Below are positions 12,736 to 23,283 of a stretch of 64,000 nt of DNA, piece by piece. This stretch comes from Styela clava (lineage: Eukaryota): positions 20,398,001 through 20,462,000 of the forward strand of contig NC_135252.1 of the NCBI RefSeq assembly GCF_964204865.1, written 5' to 3'. Each line of letters opens with the position of its first letter. Within the stretch, counting starts at the first letter, position 1. Made by a program: the position numbers and the translations under genes. The notes beneath the pieces are model-generated. The model did no database searches, had not been told where the DNA came from, and saw only the letters and a program-made list of their open reading frames with translations.

Positions 12736-14402
12736 GTCTAGATATTACTTGAATACTTGACAGGGTTTCTTGAGGCATTTCTAACACTTACGATTAAAAA
12801 TTAGGCAGGCCATATATCTGAATGATTCGAATAAATCTTAAATAAATGATGAAACATTTACTCCAGGTACAATTAAATAATCAAATTAATAACTTCAATG
12901 GAACATGAAAAATAAAAAATTTGTGTCGATTTTATTAAGAATTCGCCTAGTAATAGGCCTAGCCATTCGTTTAAGTGTATGACCTTATTACCGATCAGTC
13001 GATCGCGAACTATTTTGAAGATTTCTGTCGATCGCGGCCGAAAGCAGGTTGGCCACCTCTGATATATACCATGGTCCATGACACTGTGAATATGCCACAC
13101 TTAAAACATCTGAACTATACTTATACAGAATTACACTTTTAAGTTTCACCCTTGATAGAATAAAATAACAATCTGAATAGCATATTTTACAAAAAATAAT
13201 AAAAAATTCAAATACTTGCGGTAGCACTGAACAAAAAAAACAAAACTTTGTAACTACACATTTTGACGTTTTCACGCCTTCTTAGTTTAAAATGAAATCG
13301 GTCTCCAACTTATGAAAATTCGAAAGAGTATTCGGGAAAAGTCCCACTGCTAGGCCACAAAAACATTTACAATTGGGACAAATTGCTAAACCACGTGGGC
13401 CAGATAAATTTGGTTTGATTTGTGGCGCCAAATAGTTCAATTTGGATTGTATTGACAATGACTGAAAGGTGATTCTGTTTCGTTCTAATTATTAAAGTGC
13501 AAGTGTCTAGTTTTCGAAAAGAAGTTTTCGCTTTCCTTGTACATTTTCCGTTGCATGAAAAAGTTAATGGGGCACAGGATTTCTGTGCAATAGGCCACAA
13601 AGGAAAAGAGTTGGACATTACTGGTTTAATCAGCTCATCCACACATCACCTGTCTTTGGTTGATGAGCTATTATAATAGTTTATGAAGTCTTTTCATGAC
13701 TCTTCATCGCAGCTTGAAGACATTTTCCAACAAGACAAAAATAAAAGTCAGTAGGAGAAAGCAACGAATAATGAAAATGATGATCCAGTATGATTATTGA
13801 GGGGTTGCCGCCACATGTATTATCCAAAATTTGAGATACATAATCCAAACACGTATGGTAGCTCAAAACGTAAAGCACAAACTCATAAACTACCTACTTT
13901 ACAAATCATAAGGCACACCGGTATTAAGGGGCAATGATAATAAATTGCTTAGATTTGATTTTCAACCATTCATAAGGTGCATCGAACTATAAGATGCAAA
14001 CATTACTGGTACTGTTTTAAAGTTTGCAATATAGCATAAAACACTACCGGATCGATACATTATACGACTTGTAGGGCGTGTAGGGCGCACAATCCATTTT
14101 TGAGAAAATAAAAAAATAAAATATTTAAAGCGCGCTTTAAGGTCCGTGAAATATGGTAATCGTTTCGGCGTTTGTATAAACGAATTCTTAGTTTGGGTCA
14201 AAATTGAATATCCGCCTTATGACAATTTACAGATGACTCCGAGACATTCAAAAAACCAATTTGGACTCAGATTCTTAGTTGAGTCAGTAAAGTTTGACTC
14301 CGTGTGTTTTTGTCTATCAGCCTATCATCAGCTGGTTTCAGTCAAGAGTGAGTAATAACTGGAGTGTATAATTTAAAAGTGTATGGAGTTTTTTCGTAAC
14401 AT

Positions 14403-15020
14403 TCATCGTCGTTTATTGAAGAAACTTCTCAAGAAAACAAAAAATGCACACAGCAACCGAAAAATCAATATAGCAAACATGCTCAGTTCTTGAGATTCTG
14501 TCTGACGGATGCGTGGGGATTCACAAGTTACACGTGGCGGGGAATAGCGTGTTCCATTCCATAGTCTAACTCCACTTCTACTAGAACTCATGGAAAACTC
14601 GTTAGACCTTGTATGGTGCCTGGTACGGGCTACATTGGGCTGATTGTGTTTGTCAATCAAATTATCTGATCCTCTACGAATTCGTATGTTAATTCCATCA
14701 TTCTTTGTTGTAAATTTTTCTTCTGGCAATCGAGATTTGTCCACAAGACGAACCTTTACTTTACTCAGGAAATAATGATTTTCAAGTAATTTTAGCAAAT
14801 GAAGTCTTCTGTTGTCCAGTGACCAAAATTTATTATTCATTTCTATGATTTTTATAAGTGGTATGTCATCAACGTTCAGTTCTCTTTGTAAAATTTTTCT
14901 CACAACATCTTGTATTGTATCTCCGTTTTGAAAGTATGGTAGAATAGAATCCTGGGTGTATCGAACATCTGATGGGCGAACCCATACTCTTGATTCTTTT
15001 CGATTCCACATACTATACAT
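14403..15020 (-). CDS. ParB/Srx-like (Tox-ParB-like) domain protein with C-terminal tail anchor, copy 1
   Basis: Uninterrupted 205-aa ORF. Motifs PSDVRYTQDSI..F.NG, IPLIKII, WSLDNRRL, KFTTKNDG.NIRIR; R/S-rich linker; hydrophobic LSMFAILIFRLLCAFFVFL followed by basic RSFFNKRR. Frame intact in both duplicates. Confidence 0.8.
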   Translation of the reverse strand: MYSMWNRKESRVWVRPSDVRYTQDSILPYFQNGDTIQDVVRKILQRELNVDDIPLIKIIEMNNKFWSLDNRRLHLLKLLENHYFLSKVKVRLVDKSRLPEEKFTTKNDGINIRIRRGSDNLIDKHNQPNVARTRHHTRSNEFSMSSSRSGVRLWNGTRYSPPRVTCESPRIRQTESQELSMFAILIFRLLCAFFVFLRSFFNKRR

Positions 15021-15509
15021 ATAATAAACTTACGACAAGCCAAAAGTACAAAAGATTTGTTATTCTTGTTAAAAACACGTTTAGATATTCACCTGACGTA
15101 CCCCACAATCTAGTCCATCCATTTAAACCGACAACTGGTTAACTATTCCCATACTCGACATGTACTGGTAACCGGACGAGAGTCCTTGACATATGATAAG
15201 GCAGACTTATCACTTTTCCTCTACCCGAATTAAATAGAAAATTCTCAATTTTCTGAAAGTTCGATCCTACTAGCCGTTTTATTATCATACTAAGTCATAA
15301 AGAGTAATCTGATCTGTGAATCTTTTGTCATTGGGCTTCTTTCAGTATCTCATCAGATACGTGCGATCTAATCTTGTTGAATTTTTTATAGAACTTTTAA
15401 TGCAATTAAATGAGAAGAACAAGCCGGTAGGCGCCCAGGATTTCAGCTGATAGTTGAAGCTCGCACTCAAGCTACCGGTTATCATACCTAGAAACTTGAG
15501 GATCTATAA

Positions 15510-15795
15510 CAGACGTGGGTAAACTACGGCCCGCGGGCCAAATCCAGCCCATTGGGTTATTTTGATCTGGCCCGCCTGATGCTGCCACAACCAAACGGAA
15601 ATCATACTTTGATGTTTTAGCTAAACATATCTCAAGAAATTTAATTCTGGCGCGAGGCCTATTGTTTTCCACTGTTGCTTTTGTAACACTGTAAATATTG
15701 TTCATAAAATGTAACTTTTAACGTCAAAATTACATGGTTACAGTGACTGTAGGCAAAATTTTTGGTCCCTAATCCGAAAATCTTGCCCACCCGTG
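15510..15795. mobile_element. hAT MITE (copy 2 at 58924-59228)
   Basis: Ends cagacgtgggtaaa...ttgcccacccgtg; perfect TSD atctataa; internal cggcccgcgggcc. Confidence 0.85.
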
Positions 15796-15829
15796 ATCTA
15801 TAACGTCAGCTACCAGTTCATTTTAGGTT

Positions 15830-16580
15830 CTGCGCGTTTCGTAGACATTCTCTCCTGTAGCTAATGGTTAAAATAATGTTCGCTAAAATCCCTAAAGTTT
15901 CTCCAGTTCATGGAATATCGAGACGAAAGACAACTTGTTCGAAAGAGTATTTTTTTCTGCGGAAGGTAGCATTGTATATCGGTCCAGCCGTTAAGTCGCC
16001 AGAGCTGGACACACAGACAGACAAGCCGTTAGGCGCCCGATATGGATCTCCGCTATCGGCAGAGTCCGCGTCATTCCAGTTTACTGACGGGTAATACGGA
16101 GACGCCATTGTACAGAGAAAATTGTATCAAAACTGCCAGTTCATTTTGAGCGCTGTGCGGGTCATCGGTATCCGTGTGCAATGTTATGCCGTGGCTAATG
16201 ATTGAAACATGTTCACTAAAATCCCTAAGGATTTCTTAATTTATGGACTATACAATGAAGAAGACTTGTTAGAAAGAGTATTTTCCTCCGCGGATGGTAT
16301 CATTCTCGGAATTTTAATATTCGACTTGGCTGACGAAAAAATGGCGGTAATTTATCATAAAATGGGAATATTTTCAAATTAGAGCGTTTTTTGCTGCTGC
16401 CATGAAAATGAGACACAAATCCGGACTTCCGGTAAAACGCACATAACTAGGTTGACAGTATAACCTACGGGTGAAATTTCCTCTAGATCGGTCCAGCCGT
16501 TAAGACGCCAGAGCTGGACACACAGACAGTCAGAACGACCGATAATAAGGTTCTTCTATAGCGGAGATCCAACAGAACAG
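15830..16580. repeat. interspersed composite repeat, probably Helentron-associated (copy 2 at ~59260-60015)
   Basis: Internal direct repeat tcggtccagccgttaag(t/a)cgccagagctggacacacagacag (~15979, ~16488); inverted ggatctccgctat/atagcggagatcc; cagaca microsatellite. Confidence 0.45.
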
Positions 16581-16589
16581 TAATCGGTA

Positions 16590-16844
16590 ATTATTGACTC
16601 GATTAATTTTATGTGAATTAACTTGCCTTTTATGTTATATCTAAATACTAACGTAAATCGTAACTTGGCTGGTACGTAAGTCTCGTAAAAACGTTTTCGT
16701 CCCGCGATGAATTTCGCGACCCTGAAAAGGTTGGTGACCTACATTAAATATTCTACTACATAAATTTCTAATTTGGTCGTTGCGGACTCATTTGAACGCT
16801 CTGCGGACTCATTTGAGACCGCGGACTCGGGTTGGGAAACACTG
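16590..16844. mobile_element. right end of a hAT element (same family as 38596-39873)
   Basis: gcggactc repeats ending ggttgggaaacactg; homologous to ~39670-39873. Confidence 0.6.
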
Positions 16845-16972
16845 TTCTAAGCATTGAGCTGCAAAGCTAGTAGTGACTGATATCAAGTATAGTTTTAACG
16901 TATTTTTACGCCTCTTATTTCAGGGTCTGAATATATTCAAATCTAATAATTGACTCGGTTTAGCATCTTATT

Positions 16973-17260
16973 TACTTATCGATTTTAATCGGTAAGTATG
17001 TTAATAGATATTTGTCTGTCTGTCTGTTAGATGCACGCGATATCTCACGAAAGCAAGATTGAATCTGCTCCAGATTTTGCATGTGCATTCATCATATGTC
17101 GTACCAGAAGCCTATTTTGGATGGATTATGTCGTATAATTAGCGAGTTATCAATTAATTAGTGATGGGACACAAGGTGTCACTATAGAATAAGAGCGCTG
17201 TTTTGGGGGATCGCCTAACTTTCGATCGATAAGTCTTCGGTCTCTGACCAACATCTCGTT
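16973..17260 (+). mobile_element. Helentron-associated / DINE-1-like element (copy 2 at ~60406-60694)
   Basis: 5' tacttatcgat + inverted atcggtaagta, (gtct)n, 3' atcgataagt + short hairpin, T-rich insertion site, no TSD. Confidence 0.75.
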
Positions 17261-19158
17261 TTGATTCTTGTTGTGTTTTATCTGAAATGAAGGAAAGCGC
17301 CCAGGTCGTTTGGCGGTGGAATCCTTTTTGTGAATAAAAAAAATACTTTCAACGAATACCTTTCATATCGTTCCCAGATATAAGCCACGGTCTTTGCCTC
17401 GATCGTTAAACCATGAGTGACGTGTCGGCTCAAGATTTGAACCCTGTGTAACTGACATCTTGTACTCAAACAGCAAATTTTGGTTAATTTATATCTGGTT
17501 TAAAAAGATCATCTTCAAAAATATGATTCATATTTGAGCCTATACAGAGCATAACAACATTGACGATGCAATGCTCAATAATTTATCAGCGACTCCTCTA
17601 TGATCGTCTCCGCACTGGACATCATCGCTTACCAGATGCCACTCACTGCAAGTCATACGTATAAAGGTTTATCTGCTCAGTAATCTCAACAGCTATATCT
17701 GTCATTTGAGCTCTTGTCGGTTCAAAAATTGTACTGGCTGGGTTTACATTTTATGAGGTTGAATTTTTGAATTGCCTGCCCCGATGCCAACCTAATTACA
17801 GGTACCACGTAAAATACCTACACGAATTCCCCAGACGAAACGTAATAGATTGTATGCTTTATGTCGCTCATTGCGCACTGATCCAATTTGTAATCGAGAA
17901 AATGGTTTCGATTTGAATATTTGAGCCCTGCGTACGGAGCTAGAAATCACCTGGCGTAACATTTCATGAGAAAGAGATAAAGCACAAATATTGTGCTGGG
18001 CACACATATTATGCCATTCTGGAAAAATTTAGACAATGCTCAAATATATAGATACGAAAGCCAAAATGAAGTAGATATTCAATTTTTCACAGTACCTGTA
18101 CCCGACCGTAGTCTTACCGACCTCGACTGAGCATCATATTGCAATGATCGCGAACGCGAACTCAGAATCGCAACGAGGTGCGTAATTTTTAATTTTAACT
18201 TTGTGTCTGACAAGCTTACAAAAATCGATTGCCATTAGAAAAAAATACTCATTGTCATTCGAATAGTATTGCTGTTAGAATTTATCGTATTTAATGTTTT
18301 TTATTGGCAATTATGATTCAATTTGTGCCTATCGAATAAAAATGCCGCTTGAAAGAGAGTTAGCCCAATACAAAACCTTTGACCTTGAAAATGAATAGCC
18401 CTGTAGTTAGGAATGAAATAACATAATTTAAAACCGAGACATTATGCGATATTACTTTTATGTGTTCATTTATAATGTTGCGATGGAATACTTTAAATAA
18501 ATATGCAATGGTAGTAATCATTGAAAAATGATTTAAAACTTTACCTATAATAATATTTTACTTAAACTGGAATAGATATTAGATATTGAAAGAGCATGCT
18601 CCATTGTAAGACAAATGCGACAAGTGCAAACATGTGTGGGACAAGTATGCAACGTCATTTTTGATACATCCTGCCAACAGTGTATCAAGCAAGACACATG
18701 AAACACCCACGTTGATTGATTATTCCACGTAAAAAAATGATTAAGGATTAAAAATGTACCGCATCAATTATGTCTTTGATTTTTAACAAAAAAAATTTGT
18801 TTTAAATTATTCGAGTTACACAAATATATTTGTGCTAGTGGTAGCAAAATTCTTACATCACCCAGAATCGCTGTTTTTCAATCTTGCTTTGCATCTTTTC
18901 ATTAGGGTACAGGGGAAGCATAGGCAAGGATAAATAATTAGCGCCAGAATCACAATGAACAAAGCAAAATGACGCTCGCATCAGTTTTTGATCCCTTCGA
19001 CATTTTAGCCCCTATTATTTTAACTGCGAAACTCCTTATTCGGGAGTGCTGGAAAGATGATTTGAAATGGGACAAAAACTTAGATAACCTCAGGAAGAAT
19101 TCTCGGGAAGAGTGGACCGAATCATTAAAACAATTGACTAATTTCCATGTGCCTAGAC

Positions 19159-20145
19159 CAGTGCTCTTCAACCGGGTATACGGTGTACCCAAGTGTATAC
19201 CGAACCGTAAGTTTGGTATACAACCAGGGTTGCCATACCGTGCTTATTTCTAAGATTTGTGCTTATTTTCTAGCGTGTGTCTTATAAAGTAGCGATGTGC
19301 TTATTTCTAAGAAAAGTGCTTATTTTTGAGTTATGTCCTTATTTTGTCTTAGAAACATGGATGACTTGTTTATGTTTTGCGTACAAAGCTTCGGTAGAAA
19401 CGGGTGACTATTTTTTTATGTTATACGCAACGCGTTTAATTTAAAATTATGTGTTAATGTTATTTATTAACTAATTTGTTACCCACATTTTGGGTTAGAT
19501 GGTTGTGCATCTCATTGAATATGCACAGACGCCCTTTGGGTTGTTGTTTCCTGTGGAAGATGTTGAATGCTTGATGTTTATTGTGTGTACTTACTTTTAG
19601 AGGTTGCGTGTGGCCGGTATTTAATGGTTTTCCATGGCCTTGCGCGATTTCGAGGCTGTATGCAACCTTGTTTGAAGCGACTTCTAATAATAAAAAGTTG
19701 GAGTGCGGAAGAGACTTGTGCATGATTCTTTTCTCATTTTCAATCTCTCCTCTGCCGTTGTTAAGTACCCCAAAAATAGACTTTAGACACCCGTGCTTAT
19801 TTTTGGCTCTAGGTCGATGGCAACCCTGTATACAACTGATAAAGGGTATACGAAGGGTGTACAGCCTGAGTCAAGGATTCTAATTCTTTGGGTTGGGGAT
19901 TTCGGCTCCTATGCATTTCGTTTGATTCAAGTTGAACAGTATTCCCGTTGACGCTAAGGCCGCCAGTCAAATTTATAACTTGCGGACACTAGCCTATTAG
20001 ATTACATGATGATATCGCAGTACGATATGCGCTTAAAATTTAATGTTTATTTAAGCCTTATATAAACATTGGTATTTGTAAAGTATACAAAGTTCTTGAA
20101 ATATGGTAAAAGGTATACCACGATAAAAAAGGTTGAAGAACACTG
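19159..20145. mobile_element. hAT MITE inserted in the Pao fragment
   Basis: TIR cagtgctcttcaacc...ggttgaagaacactg; perfect TSD gcctagac. Confidence 0.9.
19225..19828. mobile_element. hAT MITE nested in the previous MITE
   Basis: TIR cagggttgccat...atggcaaccctg; perfect TSD tatacaac; subterminal gtgcttattt repeats. Confidence 0.9.
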
Positions 20146-22159
20146 GCCTAGACAATATTTAGGCGCCTCGAAAACTGCTATTTATGAGATTTTCGATGCG
20201 TCTGAACAAGCTTACGTCGCAGTGGCTCACTTGCGTGCCAAGAAATGTCAGTGTGTGAATTATAGTTTGTCGATGGCCAAATCAATTGTTTCTCCGATGA
20301 AATCTATGTCCGTTCCCAAATTAGAGCTGCAAAGTGCTTTATTAGCCGCGCCCGATATTATAAACAGTCGTCCTTTAACTTCTATTAGCGACAACGTACG
20401 TGATCCAGCTCCCCTCACGCCCAAATACACCTTTGGATCAACAGTGCATCAGAGAAGATGGAGACAAACCGAAGCAATTTCGAATCGCTTCTGGAAGCGC
20501 TGGCGACGAGCGTATGTACCAATGCTGATGACTCGAACAAAGTGGAAAAAAGAGAAGAATTTATTGATAGATGATATCGTAATTGTAGTAATTGATGTAG
20601 ATGACGACGTGCCAAGAAGACGTTGGTTACAAGGAAGAGTTACTTTTAACCGGGTGTGTGTAACTACCGTCAAAACAGCAGGTGTGGAAATAACCAGACT
20701 GGTGACGAAACTATGCCTCCTGGAAAATGAATAACCCCTTGAAGGGTTATTGGGGGCGGCTGTGTCGGCGATAGAAGTTTCTTTTCAGTTGATAATATTT
20801 TGAACGCTGTTCTTCCTTGTGTTCCGACCGGCTAATTTTTATCGATAATTGCTTTTCTGTTTTGACGCGAGTTTCGCGGGCTTTACTGCATCCGACGTGT
20901 CACGCGTGGCTCTTGCATCTCGACTTTACGCGTCGTAGGACGTTCTTGTTTAATCTTGTTATGATGTTAGTGGTGTGGTTTCGCATTATCCGCTTTATTG
21001 ACTTAGCGTGTGGGTGGAATTTGGTCTCGTTAGGTAGAACTGTGGTGAGGGTATCGTAACCGGGGCCCCGTATGACCATCGTCGTCATTTATTGTTTTAA
21101 TTGTTGATGTATTTTATATTTCATTCTTATTAACTGCTTTCTAAATTTAGTTGCTATTTTTATGCCAATAACGTTATCGTTCACGTTTCCTGTCAGTTTC
21201 TTGTATTCAACTTTGTATCTTGTATATTCAACTTTGTCAGATTTAGGCACACAGATGTTCCATGTCATACGCGTTTGACGCAAGCAAAATGACGCTCGCA
21301 TTAGTTTTTATTTCAAGTCTGAATTTCCAATCTCGCCTGCTTTCTACTAGGGAAAGGTTCTACTTCAATAATTTCAAAAATGCTATTCCCGCTTCCATAC
21401 CATTGAACGCAATGCAAAGTAGTCACTGACAAGTAGAGAGAATGACCATGTCTCCGTTATCATACAAATACATAAATATATATATTTCCCAAGCTTTTGC
21501 TTCATTGTGCTTGTTTGCCTGAATGGCTCATAAAAAACGATTTGTTTGATTGCTGTATTGTTTGACAAACAAAATCTTCCAAATTTAAATGAATCAATCA
21601 TTATATTACGCAATGTTTGGACATCATTATCTCAATATTTATTAGTTTGCAATGTAAATAGACACAAAAAGTCATCTGACAGTACAACGGATAATCGTTA
21701 AAGGCCAAGCAGTTGTTTAGCGAGTTTGCCTCATTCAGTGAGCATATCAAACAGAACAGTGGTTCCCACTATTTATTACCACAGCTTATGGCGACTCATC
21801 TAGTGATATTTTACAATGTAATTTTATTTTTGATAAATGAACACAGAAGACCTCTTCCAAAAAAAAAAAACATAGTGTTATTCTTCTGAGGAAAATAAAA
21901 CTAAATCCTGTCTAAATTTCGGGGAAACACGGTAAGAAGTAAGAAGTGCTGTACAGTGTACGAAACTGCTATACACAAAAAAGCCACATTCTTTGTGTAG
22001 CAAATTTTTGTTCCTTTGAAAAGATCGTAAAAAGGAAACTTTCACAGGTTAGGATTTAAATTAAATTTAATTTCTTTTGTTTTTTTTAAGATTTACGTAT
22101 TCGAGTCGCCACCGATCCTAATAGCCAGTATAATTAATCAAAGATTTCTACATCTTTTC

Positions 22160-22224
22160 ACGACCCACTAAGATTCCTTTTGCGACCTACCAGTGGGTCG
22201 CGAACCATAGCTTGGGAACCGCTG
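22160..22224. mobile_element. hAT MITE end fragment (copy 2 at ~63300-63366)
   Basis: gcgacctaccagtgggtcgcga hairpin and ttgggaaccgctg terminus. Confidence 0.5.
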
Positions 22225-23283
22225 AAATAGAATATTTCAGGTTTATGTCAGAAGATAGAAATTGTGGGCAAAGCTTTCTATTTATCCGTATAGTTTATTC
22301 AGGTAGGACTTATAAATAATTGACGTTATAAAGACTTGGACTACTAATTCAATAGGAACGATGGCAAAGTGCTATGATTAAACAAAGGTTAAAGCTCCAA
22401 CAATTTACAAAGGACAGAAAGGGACAGTCGTCGAATGGTAAAGAGCGCTTGGTTAAGAGTCTAAAAATACGATATGACATAAAGTCTACATTGGATATAT
22501 CAATATTAAACTTATCTTTTATAAACCAGTAACCAGGGTCAAAAATTCTTACAAATATGCGTTGGATTCAATAAAACAAGCTGCCATACTGATACAATAT
22601 GCATCCAAAAGGGGAGTCTCGATTCGAATTCGAGTATCGTATTCCTTATTAGTTCATGCATTTCATACGAACACCAGGATATACATTTCTAAAGCGTTAC
22701 TTCAATACGCTTCGCTACACAAAAGCACAACCCACGACGGCAAAGTAAATGTTCACAAACGATACGACTTTGAGCAAGTAGTTATTGTTATAGTTATTGT
22801 TGTTCCTCTTTTTACTAGGTAATTAGGCTAGGCTATGATTTGTTGGCTATGCCTTTACCATGCACGACGTAGTTACGTGAATTCGTGGATTTCCCGACCG
22901 CATTTGGTAAGATTTTTTAGTCACAGCTTTTATGTACTAAGAGAACAACAAGCCACCAGACAAGCACATGCCAATTTCTATTTTCAGCATCGATGGCATA
23001 ACTTAGTGGTGCAGTATATTGAACTAAATGACTAACAACTTAAGTTCTGGATTTTTCGTAGTTTGCCCATCCCTGTTTTACAACAACATGTCAAATATGT
23101 GATAATAACTTGTAATTCAGCGTTTTGAAACTTCAATAAAATATTGTTCATATTGATAATTAATTAAAATATACATGCAGTTGGAAATTTAGCAAATTTA
23201 TTTTACAGATACATACAGTTGGAAATTTTAAGACAAGGCAACGAGACAAGAATTAAATAGGAAATCGATCCGACCAAAAGAAT

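Larger units (their letters stand above)
11200..13061. mobile_element. non-autonomous hAT element hosting two nested MITEs (copy 2 at 54499-56331)
   Basis: TIR cagaggtggc...gccacctctg; perfect 8-bp TSD atatatac (11192-11199 / 13062-13069); subterminal gatcgcga repeats. Confidence 0.9.
18962..21281 (+). mobile_element. BEL/Pao LTR-retrotransposon 3' fragment (RNase H region, integrase end, PPT, one LTR), internally deleted
   Basis: Protein motifs SVFDPFDILAPIILTAKLL..W...LKWD, FDASEQAY.AVAHLR, PKLELQSALLAA, INSRPL, FWKRWRRAYVP, TKLCLLE*. Purine-rich tract gggggcggc, then a candidate LTR TGTGT...ACACA at 20761-21253. Removing the MITE at 19159-20145 restores the frame (HVPR-QYLG). Confidence 0.9.
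2015..22480 (+). repeat. segmental tandem duplication, copy 1 (partner ~45155-63620)
   Basis: Colinear near-identity, e.g. ORFs 2764/45884, 5109/48228, 14403/57668 and 15864/59295. Offset is ~43.1-43.5 kb, falling to ~41.1 kb after the Pao block. Confidence 0.95.

Noticed and set aside
14403-15020. Sulfiredoxin, or a redox partner for the lid cysteines
   Set aside because: It lacks the catalytic FGGCHR cysteine motif (has SLDNRRL); only the fold is inferred to be shared.
14403-15020. Bacterial contamination or prophage
   Set aside because: It is embedded among eukaryotic MITEs and spliced genes, has similar composition, and is duplicated with its flanks.
15864-16108. ORFs conserved in both duplicates (also 8130, 8699, 10517, 12873, 13367, 17792)
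   Set aside because: Conservation is expected at ~97% identity; they fall in repeats or lack coding character.
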